Assembly (NCBI GenBank): GCA_964496965.1
Contig: CAZCBS010000001.1
Coordinates: forward strand, 1 to 37,499
DNA: 37,499 bases
Source of the DNA: an uncultured Bacteriovoracaceae bacterium
GTDB taxonomy: Bacteria; Bdellovibrionota; UBA1018
Direction of reading: 5' to 3'
Below are positions 24,291 through 33,739 of this stretch, one piece after another (positions within the stretch are counted from its first letter, which is position 1; every line of letters begins with the position of its first letter). The notes under the pieces are model-generated. The model made no database searches, was not told where the DNA came from, and saw only the letters and a program-made list of their open reading frames with translations. Both the position numbers and the translations under genes were made by a program.

Positions 24291-24677
24291 ATGGTGAAAA
24301 AAGTCGGTCGGTTTTTCAGGGGCTCCAGTAAAGATTCGAGTAAGTCGACTCAATCAGGAGGAGATCGGGTGAGGATTCTCAAAAAAGGGCACGCAATGCG
24401 GGTCATTTTCTTTTACCCGGGCGAAGAGGGCACCTACGTCGACAACTGCGATGTGACGCTCTATGAGAATGGGATCATTCACATTGCTTCCAACCAAGAA
24501 GAGACGACGACGCACCTCCAGAATTGCGAGATTCTTTGGCGTTTTGAGACGGAAGCCGAAGATCGCGCCAATAAGCTGAGACTTTTGAAGCCGAAGGCCG
24601 GTGAGCCTGGCGCTGAACCCTCCCATGATGGCAAATCTGGGAAAGGCAGCTCCTCTAAAAATCCGGACCTCAGGTGA
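24291..24677 (+). CDS. Hypothetical small protein, translationally coupled to thiB
   Basis: ATG 24291 is preceded by GAAGG 6 nt upstream; the track's 24192 start adds an Arg/His-rich extension without a ribosome-binding site. The 128-aa product has a Ser/Lys-rich N-terminus and Gly/Lys/Ser-rich C-terminus. Its TGA overlaps the thiB GTG (GTGA). Confidence 0.5.
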   Translation: MVKKVGRFFRGSSKDSSKSTQSGGDRVRILKKGHAMRVIFFYPGEEGTYVDNCDVTLYENGIIHIASNQEETTTHLQNCEILWRFETEAEDRANKLRLLKPKAGEPGAEPSHDGKSGKGSSSKNPDLR

Positions 24678-25732
24678 AAGTTTCTTTCGCGTTGTGGGGG
24701 ATCGCGCTTTTAGCGGGAACGTTAGGCGCATCCTCAGACGCGTGTGCTCAAGCGCAAAAGCCAACCCTAGCGTTTTACGTCTACGATAGTTTTGTCGCGA
24801 AAGGCGGGCTGGGTCCCGAGATCTTTCCCGCGTTCGAAAAAAAATGCGGATGTGAGCTCAAAATCTTGCCCTCAGGCGACGGCGCCCAGCTGCTGACGCG
24901 GCTTCAGCTCGATGCTGAACGCGGAAAGCCAGGAGCGCAGATCGTGGTTGGGCTGGATGAACAGACTTTTGATCGCGCGCGGCCTTGGTTGATGGAAGAA
25001 AAGTGGCAGCCTCAGGGAGTGCGCGAGCTTCATCCCGATCTGAAGAAAATTCCGGGATTTATTCCATTGGATTACGGTTTTTATGCGTTCATGGCGGATC
25101 GCCAAGCTTTGAACGCCGCCAAGCTTTCCCCTCCCGCCAAGCTGACGGATCTTCTTCTCCCTCAGTGGAAGAGAAATCTGATTCTTGAAGATCCTCGGAC
25201 TTCGACGCCGGGACTTGCCTTTGTGCTTTATGCGGACCAAGTCTCGGGGATGCCTGCAAATGAGTTTTGGCCGAAGATGCGGAATCAATGGCTGACGCTG
25301 GCTCCGGGCTGGGATGGTGCTTATGGCTTGTTCTTGCGAAAAGAAGCGCCGCTGGTTTGGAGCTATACGACTAGCCAAGCCTATCACGAAGAGCATGGGG
25401 ACTCGGCCGAGCACCGCCGGTATGAAGCGGTCTTGTTCGACGAAGGCCAGCCCATGCAGGTCGAAGGCGCCGCGCTTGTGAAGAATTCTTTCGCGACAGG
25501 CGAGGTCGGAGAGCAGCAGCTTCGATTGGCGCGCGAGTTTTTGGAGTATCTGATCTCGCCTGCGGTTCAGGATAAGATTCCTCAGCATCAGTGGATGTAT
25601 CCAGTTCGAAAAGCGACGAAACTTCCGCCGAGTTTTGCCCATGTACCGAGGCCGAAGAAAGTGATTCATCTCAAAGTGAAGGCGGACGAAATCAACGCCG
25701 CGCTTTCGAATTGGTCGAGAGCGATACAATGA
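24674..25732 (+). CDS. thiB: Thiamine/thiamine-pyrophosphate ABC transporter periplasmic binding protein
   Basis: 352-aa ORF with a signal peptide. By eye it aligns with E. coli ThiB/TbpA throughout: YVYDSF, IPLDYGFYAF, DPRTSTPGLAF, GWDGAYGLFL, SYTTSQAYH, QWMYPV. Confidence 0.85.
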   Translation: MKVSFALWGIALLAGTLGASSDACAQAQKPTLAFYVYDSFVAKGGLGPEIFPAFEKKCGCELKILPSGDGAQLLTRLQLDAERGKPGAQIVVGLDEQTFDRARPWLMEEKWQPQGVRELHPDLKKIPGFIPLDYGFYAFMADRQALNAAKLSPPAKLTDLLLPQWKRNLILEDPRTSTPGLAFVLYADQVSGMPANEFWPKMRNQWLTLAPGWDGAYGLFLRKEAPLVWSYTTSQAYHEEHGDSAEHRRYEAVLFDEGQPMQVEGAALVKNSFATGEVGEQQLRLAREFLEYLISPAVQDKIPQHQWMYPVRKATKLPPSFAHVPRPKKVIHLKVKADEINAALSNWSRAIQ

Positions 25733-25759
25733 AATCAATGAGATCAGGAGCGTTCTAGA

Positions 25760-27337
25760 TTGCGTTCAAATCGAGTGCTTTTTGGAACCGCCGCTGTTTG
25801 GGTCTCGGCGTTTTGGATCGGCTGCGTGGCCGCGCCTCTTGTGGCGCTTTTAGCGCGAGTTCACAGCTGGCAAGCGCTGACGGATCCGGTGATTTTGCGA
25901 ATCGCCGGTCTGACCACGGGACAAGCTCTGATCAGCGCCGTTTTATCGGCAATTGTCGCGTTGCCTTTGGGCCTTTGGATTGGAGCAAGCGGAATTCGCG
26001 AAAGGCGCTGGGCGCAGGCGATTTTGGCGCTGCCGTTTGGAGTTCCGACGGTGGTGGCTGGACTTGCCTGGGTTGTTCTTTTAGGGCGATCGGGAATTCT
26101 TTCCGGATTGGACTGGGGTTATAGTTTCAAGGCCGTTATTCTTGCACACGTCGTGTTTAATGTGCCGTGGATCGCGCTTTGGGTCGCGCAGTCTCGCGCG
26201 TTCTTTCCTGAAAGTCAGCTTGCGGCCGCGCGCACGTTGGGCGCGAGCGAATGGTCCATCGTCTCCCAGGTGATTTGGCCCCAAGTTCGATGGTCGTTCT
26301 GGAGCGCGGCTTGCCAGGCCTTTGTTTTCTGCGCAATGAGCTTCGCGCTGATTTTAGTTCTCGGCGGCGGACCGCCTGTTCAGACGCTTGAGGTCGCGCT
26401 TTATTCGCATATTCGCTTTGGAAGCCTGGATGTTGAAAGCGCCGTTGCTTGTGCCATCTGGGAGCTTTTAGTGACTCTTCTGCCTTGGTGCTTGGTGGTT
26501 TATCTTCATGCGCGCGAGGAGCGGCGGATTGCGCGGAGCTCGCGTGAAAGAGTGGATTTTGGGAAGCCGAAGTCTCGGTTTTCTAGGGCGCTGCCGATCG
26601 CGGTTGCCTCTTTGTTTTTTCTTCCTTACCTCGCTGTTTTGGCTTTTGGCGATCACTGGATCGGGCTGGCCCGGTTTTCGCTTCGCCCCCTTTTAGATGA
26701 AGTGGGGCCTGCTCTATGGATATCGCTCAAGCTTGCACTTGCGACCGCTTTGGGAGCGCTCTTGACCGCAGTTCTTGGAGTCGCGCTCTTGGAAACGATG
26801 CCGCGGCGATGGCGCGCGCTTCGTGGCGTGGCGATGTTTCTCATGGGAGTGCCCAGCGGGATTTCGGCGCTGGTTCTCGGGCTTGGGCTTTGGCTGGCTT
26901 ACGGAAACTGGATCGACCCGTTCAGTGGAAGTTATCTTGCGATCATCGCTCTGCAGATGACGATCTTTTTTCCGATCGCGTTTCGGATTCTCTGGCCGGT
27001 GGCGCGCGATCACGATACGCGCCAGGTGGAAGCCGCGTTGCTCCTGGGGGCGTCCCGGTTTTGCGAATTTGGGACGGTGGAATGGCCGCTTTGGAAAACG
27101 CCGATTTTGGGTGCGTTCGCGATGGTTGTCGGCGCCAGCTTAGGAGAGGTCTCCGCGGTCAGTTTGTTTTATAGCGAGAATCTGATTCCGCTTCCTCTTC
27201 TGGTATCGCGCTGGTCCTCTCAATATCGATTCGAGGATGCGCAGGTGGTTTCGGTTTTGTTGCTTTTTCTTTGTTCGGCGGTCATCCTCGTAGCTTATCC
27301 GTTTACTGAGTCTGAGAGGAAGCCTTCGCTGACATGA
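25760..27337 (+). CDS. thiP: Thiamine ABC transporter permease (duplicated MalFG-type domain)
   Basis: 525-aa polytopic ORF starting at TTG, with AGGAG 9 nt upstream. It has two permease halves, each with an EAA-like loop (AARTLGASEW and AALLLGASRF), and lies between thiB and thiQ. Confidence 0.85.
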   Translation: MRSNRVLFGTAAVWVSAFWIGCVAAPLVALLARVHSWQALTDPVILRIAGLTTGQALISAVLSAIVALPLGLWIGASGIRERRWAQAILALPFGVPTVVAGLAWVVLLGRSGILSGLDWGYSFKAVILAHVVFNVPWIALWVAQSRAFFPESQLAAARTLGASEWSIVSQVIWPQVRWSFWSAACQAFVFCAMSFALILVLGGGPPVQTLEVALYSHIRFGSLDVESAVACAIWELLVTLLPWCLVVYLHAREERRIARSSRERVDFGKPKSRFSRALPIAVASLFFLPYLAVLAFGDHWIGLARFSLRPLLDEVGPALWISLKLALATALGALLTAVLGVALLETMPRRWRALRGVAMFLMGVPSGISALVLGLGLWLAYGNWIDPFSGSYLAIIALQMTIFFPIAFRILWPVARDHDTRQVEAALLLGASRFCEFGTVEWPLWKTPILGAFAMVVGASLGEVSAVSLFYSENLIPLPLLVSRWSSQYRFEDAQVVSVLLLFLCSAVILVAYPFTESERKPSLT

Positions 27338-28083
27338 GTGACATGACTGAGAAGAGTGAAAACAAGTCTGAGCTTCGTTTGGAAAATCTGCGAAAGCAAA
27401 TAGCCGAGGCGGGCGATGCGCGCTACGCTTACAAGGATTTCACGCTGGCGGCGGATTTCTCGCTCGCGCACGGCGAGCGCGCGGCTTTGGTCGGAAAAAG
27501 CGGCATCGGAAAGACGACTCTACTTCGATTGATTGCGGGGCTTGAGGCGCCGGATTCTGGAAAAATTTATTTGGGAAACCAAGAAGTCACATCTTGGTCT
27601 CCGCAAAAGCGTCGGATTGGTTTTGTTTTTCAAGAGCCGGCGCTTTTTCCATCTTTAGATGTCTTAGGCAACGCGATTTTCGGGCTTCTTCACCACAGCG
27701 GGCAACCGGGATGCTCGCGGGCGGAGGCGGAAAAAGTCGGAATGGAGTGGCTGGAGAAAGTCGGACTTGCCGAGCGAGCGCATTCTCCCGTCGGACATCT
27801 TTCGGGCGGTGAGGCACAGCGACTGGCTTTTGTCCGGGCGCTCATTTGGAAACCTCAGCTGATTCTTCTGGATGAGCCTTTTTCGGCTTTGGACGCCGAG
27901 CTGAGGCAGGAGCTGCGTTTGGAGCTTTTGCGGCTTCATGAGCAGTGGCCTGTTCCATTGCTTCTCGTGAGTCATGACGCGCAAGATCTAGAGGCGATTG
28001 CCAATGTTCGGCTTGAACTCAAGGCACTTCCGGACTCGTCTGAACGAGTTGTGATGCGTTCCGGCATGAGTTCTAGCGGGTGA
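27334..28083 (+). CDS. thiQ: Thiamine ABC transporter ATP-binding protein
   Basis: 249-aa ORF with Walker A GKSGIGKTT, signature LSGGEAQRLAFVRAL and Walker B LILLDEPFSALD. It overlaps thiP by 4 nt. Confidence 0.85.
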   Translation: MSDMTEKSENKSELRLENLRKQIAEAGDARYAYKDFTLAADFSLAHGERAALVGKSGIGKTTLLRLIAGLEAPDSGKIYLGNQEVTSWSPQKRRIGFVFQEPALFPSLDVLGNAIFGLLHHSGQPGCSRAEAEKVGMEWLEKVGLAERAHSPVGHLSGGEAQRLAFVRALIWKPQLILLDEPFSALDAELRQELRLELLRLHEQWPVPLLLVSHDAQDLEAIANVRLELKALPDSSERVVMRSGMSSSG

Positions 28084-28159
28084 AATTGATAATCCGCTTG
28101 CCGAAATGCTCAGGAATTGACTAGAGTCGCCGGATATTTAATTCGGAGGTTGAGAAGAA

Positions 28160-29485
28160 ATGTCTAAGGCACCGCAATTCCAAAAGCTGTCCGCACCTAG
28201 CCGCGGGGAGACCATTACGATTCAGAACGGCAAGTTGAATGTGCCGAATAACCCGATCATTCCTTTCATTGAAGGGGATGGCACCGGTCCAGATATTTGG
28301 AAATCGTCTCAGCGCGTTTTGGATGCAGCTGTCGAAAAAGCTTATGGCGGCAAGCGCAAGATCGAATGGTTCGAAGTTTACGCAGGTGAAAAGTCTTTCA
28401 ACAAATTCAACGATTGGCTGCCTGAAGATACTCTGACGGCTCTTCGCCATTATCTTGTTTCGATCAAAGGTCCTTTGACTACTCCAGTCGGCGGCGGCAT
28501 TCGTTCTTTGAACGTCGCTCTTCGCCAAATGTTGGATCTTTACGTTTGCCTGCGCCCAGTTCGTTGGTTCAAGGGCGTTCCTTCTCCAGTGAAGCATCCT
28601 GAGAAGGTCGATATGGCGATCTTCCGCGAGAACACCGAAGACATTTACGCTGGAATCGAGTTCGAAAAGGGCTCAGATGCCGCAAAGAAGATGCTTTCTT
28701 TCTTGAAAGAAAACTTTCCGAAAGAGTACGGAAAAATTCGTTTCCCTGAGACCAGCGGTCTCGGCGTGAAGCCAGTCTCTCAAGAAGGCACGGAACGTCT
28801 TGTTCGTTCTGCGATCGAATACGCAATCGCCAATGAGCGCAAGTCCCTGACGATTGTCCACAAGGGCAACATCATGAAGTTCACCGAAGGCGGATTCCGC
28901 GCTTGGGGTTATGCTTTGGCCGAGCGCGAGTTCGGCTCCAAGGTTTACACCTGGGATCAATGGGAAAAGACCAAGAAGGCAAGTGGCGAAGAAGCCGCAA
29001 ACGCCGAGCAGAAGGCCGCGGTTGCCGCAGGCAAGATCGTTGTTAAAGACGCGATTGCTGATATCGCCCTTCAGCAAGTTTTGACCCGTCCGGAAGAGTT
29101 CGACGTCATCGCGACTTTGAACTTGAACGGCGACTATCTCTCAGACGCTCTGGCAGCTCAAGTCGGCGGCATCGGAATCGCTCCAGGCGGTAACGTGAAC
29201 TACGTTACCGGCCACGCTGTTTTCGAAGCCAATATTGGCACGGCCCCGAAATACGGAAATCCCGAAAAGGTCAATCCGGGATGGGGGATTTTGTCCGGTG
29301 AGATGATGCTTCGTTATATGGGCTGGGTTGAAGCCGCAGACCTCATCATCAAGGGCATGGATGGCGCGATCGGCTCCAAGCATGTCACTTATGACTTCGC
29401 TCGCCTCATGAAACAAGAAGGCGAAGCAGGCGTTGCTGAAGTGAAATGTTCTGAGTTTGGTTCTCAGATCATTAAGTTTATGTAA
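28160..29485 (+). CDS. icd: NADP-dependent isocitrate dehydrogenase (homodimeric type)
   Basis: 441-aa ORF with [27 protein letters not shown] (including the phospho-regulated Ser context), NLNGDYLSD and GTAPKY. Confidence 0.93.
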   Translation: MSKAPQFQKLSAPSRGETITIQNGKLNVPNNPIIPFIEGDGTGPDIWKSSQRVLDAAVEKAYGGKRKIEWFEVYAGEKSFNKFNDWLPEDTLTALRHYLVSIKGPLTTPVGGGIRSLNVALRQMLDLYVCLRPVRWFKGVPSPVKHPEKVDMAIFRENTEDIYAGIEFEKGSDAAKKMLSFLKENFPKEYGKIRFPETSGLGVKPVSQEGTERLVRSAIEYAIANERKSLTIVHKGNIMKFTEGGFRAWGYALAEREFGSKVYTWDQWEKTKKASGEEAANAEQKAAVAAGKIVVKDAIADIALQQVLTRPEEFDVIATLNLNGDYLSDALAAQVGGIGIAPGGNVNYVTGHAVFEANIGTAPKYGNPEKVNPGWGILSGEMMLRYMGWVEAADLIIKGMDGAIGSKHVTYDFARLMKQEGEAGVAEVKCSEFGSQIIKFM

Positions 29486-29535
29486 GTACCTGCGCAAGGC
29501 GCGGGTCACTCTGCGTTGAGCGAGAATTTTAATGA

Positions 29536-29570
29536 CCCCGGTCGGGCTTTGGCCTGGCCGGGGTTTTTTA
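29536..29570 (+). terminator. Rho-independent terminator downstream of icd
   Basis: 12-bp stem CCCCGGTCGGGC / GCCTGGCCGGGG (two G-T pairs) at 29536-29563 with loop TTTG, followed by TTTTTT. Confidence 0.8.
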
Positions 29571-30074
29571 TTGGGAAGGACTCCAAGATTCTTCGTATTG
29601 GATTTGGGATGCCAATAAGTCTTGAAACGCTGACTCGTTGCAGTGCTCGGGACTATTCAGCGCTTTTACCCATTGGTCTTGGTGGGGATCTCGATCGAAG
29701 AGAACTTTGTAGCTCTTTGGTAACTCTTTTGGAACTTCTTGGTCCGGATGCAATTTCATCCAAGCCAAGCGGCTCAGTGCGGTCTCGATTTGGTATTCGA
29801 GTGCAAACCAGTAAACAAATTCTCTTTTGCTGCTTGCGTCCGCATGTCGGCGCGACACTCTTTGGCCCCATTCGAAAATCAATTCACGAAATCGCTCATC
29901 GGATTCGTTTAGATATCCTTTAATGAGATCGTACGTCGTTAAGTAGTTCGGCGAGGGAAGGTCTTTGAGTACTAATGTTCCTAAAAGATACTGGCTTGGG
30001 CTTTGAAGTCCCCATTGATGGATTTCTTTTGAAACATTCAGAATCGGGGTTTCAAAGACGGGCGCCTCTGCCAT
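29568..30074 (-). CDS. Hypothetical protein (no signal peptide, no recognisable motif)
   Basis: 168-aa ORF in a low-G+C segment between icd and mdh. Coding status rests on ORF length only. Confidence 0.45.
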   Translation of the reverse strand: MAEAPVFETPILNVSKEIHQWGLQSPSQYLLGTLVLKDLPSPNYLTTYDLIKGYLNESDERFRELIFEWGQRVSRRHADASSKREFVYWFALEYQIETALSRLAWMKLHPDQEVPKELPKSYKVLFDRDPHQDQWVKALNSPEHCNESAFQDLLASQIQYEESWSPSQ

Positions 30075-30137
30075 GTCGATCAGATCTTCTCTGATTTTGT
30101 CGGAAGGGTGTTTGAGTTTGGATCGGATCGCTGGGCG

Positions 30138-30740
30138 TTAATAGAGATTAGAGCCGTTTCTGGGCTCAGATTGAGCAAGCTGGCTCAAGAGGCGATAGGA
30201 CTCGTTCAACTGCAGCTCTTTTGGATGAGGTGATCCTTCTAAAAGGCCTCCAAGATAGATGGCATACAAGAATTTCCGAGTGAGGTCGTCATCAGCAGGG
30301 CTTGCTAATTGACTCGGATCGCTCAAGAGCTTGGATGGCGTAGTCAGCTTTTCATCTAAAAGACGCGCGAGATCTGTTTTATCCAAATCAAAAATGGTTT
30401 TGCTTTGAATGAGTTGGCAGATGTCGTCTTTTTCGTTGAGTTTTTTGATTTCTTGAAGACTAGAGGTGCCTTTTGTCTTTTGATTAGGAGCAGGCTCTTC
30501 CGATGGTTGGAGTCCCTCAGACTTTAAGGTTGCAGCAGAGGAGTTTGAGTTAATGGATGCGCGCTCGGGTACTGCTGGGGGGATATTATATATAGAGGAT
30601 TGGATAGAGCATAAGTGAATCAGCTTTTGACATGCTGATTGAACGAGTGCGCTCAGTTCTGTTTTTTTAAAAAAAAGAACAGTACAGCCAGAGATCGCCA
30701 CTAGCATTGCGATGAAAGTGGTCCAGCGGTTTCGATTCAT
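30138..30740 (-). CDS. Hypothetical lipoprotein
   Basis: Internal ATG 30740 of the 30138..30842 track ORF gives a textbook lipoprotein signal, MNRNRWTTFIAMLVAISGC. A hand-counted 60-nt line gave about 40% G+C. Confidence 0.5.
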   Translation of the reverse strand: MNRNRWTTFIAMLVAISGCTVLFFKKTELSALVQSACQKLIHLCSIQSSIYNIPPAVPERASINSNSSAATLKSEGLQPSEEPAPNQKTKGTSSLQEIKKLNEKDDICQLIQSKTIFDLDKTDLARLLDEKLTTPSKLLSDPSQLASPADDDLTRKFLYAIYLGGLLEGSPHPKELQLNESYRLLSQLAQSEPRNGSNLY

Positions 30741-30935
30741 GGAAACAAGAATAGCACAGTAAAGATGCTGCAGCGCTTCTTCGCTGCGAAGAAACGCTGC
30801 GACAAAGTCCGAAAATCCGTCACGCAATCCGATTGACCCCACCCAAGATGCGGCCTAAGATCCGACCGCAGGCACGGCATTTGCCGCGCTGAAAGTTCTG
30901 TCGAATACCTGAAATACCCAAGGAGAATTCTTAAA

Positions 30936-31928
30936 ATGGCAAAAGCACCTGTTCGAGTTGCAGTCACCGGCGCCGCCGGACAAATCGGTTACGCTCTTCT
31001 TTTCCGCATCGCCAGCGGCGAAATGCTTGGAAAAGACCAGCCAGTGATTCTTCAAATGCTGGAGCTGCCTCAAGCTCAGAAGGCGCTCAAAGGCGTCATG
31101 ATGGAGCTCGAAGACTGTGCGTTCCCGCTTCTCGCAGGAATGGTCGCGAGCGATGATCCAGCCGTTGCTTTCAAAGACGCGGACGTTGTTCTCTTGGTGG
31201 GCGCAAGACCACGCGGACCAGGAATGGAGCGCAAAGATCTTCTCACCGAAAACGGAAAGATCTTCATCGCGCAAGGCGAAGCCATCGGCAAACACGCTAA
31301 CCCGAACGTGAAAGTTCTCGTTGTCGGTAACCCATGCAATACCAATGCTTATATCGCGATGAAGACCGCCGAGAAGTTCGGCCGCGTGAAGCCACTGAAC
31401 TTCACCGCTATGCTTCGCCTCGATCATAACCGCGCTCTTTCCCAGCTTTCGGGCAAGACGGGACGCGCAGTCGGAAGCTTCAAGAAGCTCATCGTTTGGG
31501 GCAATCACAGCCCAACGATGTACCCAGATTATCGTTTTGCGACTTCCAATGGCGACTCCGTTGCGAAAATGGCAAGCGACGAAGTTTGGATGAAGGAAAC
31601 CTTCATTCCAACCGTTGGCAAGCGCGGCGCTGCGATTATCGAAGCTCGCGGTCTCTCTTCCGCGGCCAGTGCGGCCAACGCAGCGATCGATCATATGCAC
31701 GACTGGTGGCTCGGCTCCAAGGGTGAGTGGGTCACGATGGGCGTTCCATCGGATGGCTCCTACGGCATTCCTAAGGGCGTGATCTACGGATTTCCATGCA
31801 CGACGGAGAACGGCGAATACAAGATCGTTCAAGGTCTTGAGATCGACGCATTCTCTCAGCAGAAAATGGATGCAACGCTGAAAGAGCTCGAAGAAGAGCG
31901 CGCAGCCGTTGCTTCAATGCTCGGCTAA
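30936..31928 (+). CDS. mdh: Malate dehydrogenase (LDH-like, 'cytoplasmic' MDH clade)
   Basis: 330-aa ORF with [41 protein letters not shown] and WGNHS. GGAG lies 9 nt upstream of the start. Confidence 0.93.
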   Translation: MAKAPVRVAVTGAAGQIGYALLFRIASGEMLGKDQPVILQMLELPQAQKALKGVMMELEDCAFPLLAGMVASDDPAVAFKDADVVLLVGARPRGPGMERKDLLTENGKIFIAQGEAIGKHANPNVKVLVVGNPCNTNAYIAMKTAEKFGRVKPLNFTAMLRLDHNRALSQLSGKTGRAVGSFKKLIVWGNHSPTMYPDYRFATSNGDSVAKMASDEVWMKETFIPTVGKRGAAIIEARGLSSAASAANAAIDHMHDWWLGSKGEWVTMGVPSDGSYGIPKGVIYGFPCTTENGEYKIVQGLEIDAFSQQKMDATLKELEEERAAVASMLG

Positions 31929-31955
31929 GTCGATCGGGCAGAGTAAAAAATCAAG

Positions 31956-31990
31956 ACGCGCTTTAGGCAAATCCTAAAGCGCGTTTTTTT
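31956..31990. terminator. Rho-independent terminator between convergent mdh and acyltransferase genes
   Basis: Perfect 12-bp stem ACGCGCTTTAGG / CCTAAAGCGCGT at 31956-31984 with loop CAAAT, followed by T7. An A-rich run precedes it, giving a weaker terminator on the minus strand. Confidence 0.85.
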
Positions 31991-32981
31991 ATTTCCCGGT
32001 TTCAGTTTCCCAACGAACGAGCATCTCGTCTTTTTCGTGAAAGCGAAGTCGAAGCCACTCAGCAAGCGAGTCCTCATCTTTAGGCAAAGAGTCGACTGGA
32101 TAGCGGCGAACGTCGAGCTTGACGCTTTGAGTGAGTCCACGACCAAACTCAAATAGGCTTGCGATTCCCTGTTCATAAAAAATCGTCGCGTCGTAAACGG
32201 CATCGATCTTGTTGCCAAGCTCTTGAATCGCGGTCGCGAAACCTTTGCGCTTTGGAATCAAGGTATGCTGCGGAATCGGGTAGCCTTTGGTTCGCGCATA
32301 GTCTTGCGCTTTTTTGAGCTTGCCCGGCTTGATCCGAGTGCCTTCAACGAAAGTGACGAGCCAGAAAGGGACGCCCAGAGTGCGTAAGCGTTCAAATGTC
32401 CTTTGGATGTTCTCGTAATCCGCGTACCAGTTACGCTTGAGAAAAACGCAGCCCAAGAAATACATTCCCCAGCCAATTCCTGGAATGTACTTGAGCGAGT
32501 CCTTCACATACCATTTCATATCGCCGAGGCGACCTTTGCGAATCGCAAGCGCCATCAGAATCGGGATGTCTGGCATTTGCTGATGATTGCAGATGAGCAA
32601 GACATTTTCGCCGTACGGAATTTCGTCGCCCGAAAATTCCACGCGAACGCGAAGCCATTTCTCAGCCCAGAAAACGAGAAAGCCCCACCAGGCATTGGCG
32701 CATTCTCGATTGATTTTCCAAACCAGCCATTTCGAGACCGGGAAAAAAACAAAACTGAGGCATTGGATGATGTTGAAGCAGAGAAGGCTTCCCATCAAAA
32801 GGATGCCCCAAATGAGAAGATCGATCCAAGAGAGGAAGCGACCTACGGGGCCACGCTGATCTTTAACGTAACGAATAGAATCGGCAGGACTAGGCGATGT
32901 TTTCACGATGCCATTAATGTCCAGTTCTCTTCGAAAAAGATCAAGCCAAGTTTTGGCTAGCCCAAACACAGAGCAAGCCAA
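31989..32981 (-). CDS. 1-acyl-sn-glycerol-3-phosphate (lysophospholipid) acyltransferase family protein
   Basis: 330-aa ORF with the HX4D motif NHQQMPD, FVEGTR, and N-terminal TM segments. Confidence 0.8.
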   Translation of the reverse strand: MACSVFGLAKTWLDLFRRELDINGIVKTSPSPADSIRYVKDQRGPVGRFLSWIDLLIWGILLMGSLLCFNIIQCLSFVFFPVSKWLVWKINRECANAWWGFLVFWAEKWLRVRVEFSGDEIPYGENVLLICNHQQMPDIPILMALAIRKGRLGDMKWYVKDSLKYIPGIGWGMYFLGCVFLKRNWYADYENIQRTFERLRTLGVPFWLVTFVEGTRIKPGKLKKAQDYARTKGYPIPQHTLIPKRKGFATAIQELGNKIDAVYDATIFYEQGIASLFEFGRGLTQSVKLDVRRYPVDSLPKDEDSLAEWLRLRFHEKDEMLVRWETETGK

Positions 32982-33199
32982 TGGTCAGAATGATCATCAC
33001 AGGGACAACGGATTGTTGGTTCATTTGAGTGTTCCACATATGCACCTAGTTAAAGCAAGAAGCGCTCCAACGGCTGAGAGCGATAAAGACAGGATAATCG
33101 CGCCGGCAACTGCCTGAGTTTCAGACGGTTGAGGATCTTTGACAGGTGTGTCCGGCCTGACGCAGGTCCAGGTTGACCTCAAACGGAAATTGAGCGACG

Positions 33200-33739
33200 T
33201 TGAACCTACTTATGTCTCGACCGATCATCCGCGTGGCTCGCCCTGAAGACGACAAAGTCATTGGTGAAATCCTGATCCATGCTTATGTCACTCAGTACGC
33301 TCGCAAAATGCCCGAAGTCGTGGTCGATGACGAAAGAAAAGCCGATCTTCGAAATGTCGCTGAGAAACGCCGCATTGGCACCGTACTGGCTGCGGAAGTC
33401 GATGGCAAAGTGGTGGGAACGTTGACTCTTCTCCCGTCTGGTTCGGAGCGTTGCCAGGCGTGGCAGGATCGAATGGCCGACGTTCGCATGCTGGGAATTG
33501 ATCTCGCTTATCGAGGCCAGGGGATCGCGGATTTTTTGTTGGACGAAGCCGAGCGAATCGCTTTCGAGGATTGGAAATGCACGGCCGTGGGACTTCATGT
33601 TCGACGGGGAGCGCATGGGGTCGCGGGGCTTTATATGCGACGCGGATATCAAAGAGATCCTTCGGGTGATATCGATCGTCTTCCAGAGATTTTTTTAGAG
33701 GCTTACGCCAAGTTACCTACACACGGAGAGAGAAAATGA
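33200..33739 (+). CDS. GNAT family N-acetyltransferase
   Basis: 179-aa ORF with LGIDLAYRGQGIADFLLDEAE, a Q/RxxGxG/A acetyl-CoA loop. ATG 33212 is an alternative start. Its stop overlaps the next start (ATGA). Confidence 0.8.
   Translation: MNLLMSRPIIRVARPEDDKVIGEILIHAYVTQYARKMPEVVVDDERKADLRNVAEKRRIGTVLAAEVDGKVVGTLTLLPSGSERCQAWQDRMADVRMLGIDLAYRGQGIADFLLDEAERIAFEDWKCTAVGLHVRRGAHGVAGLYMRRGYQRDPSGDIDRLPEIFLEAYAKLPTHGERK

Noticed and set aside
24540-24680. Possible TPP riboswitch hidden inside the small ORF, because of GCTGAGAC at ~24575.
   Set aside because: The downstream sequence lacks the ACCTGATC...TAATGCC...GCG core. The region has a good ORF with a ribosome-binding site.
32982-33199. Small hydrophobic ORFs on the minus strand upstream of the acyltransferase: a 27-aa MNQQSVVPVMIILTIGLLCVWASQNLA and a ~50-aa TTG-initiated peptide.
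   Set aside because: They are below any reliable length threshold, lack a ribosome-binding site, and conservation cannot be assessed from one sequence.
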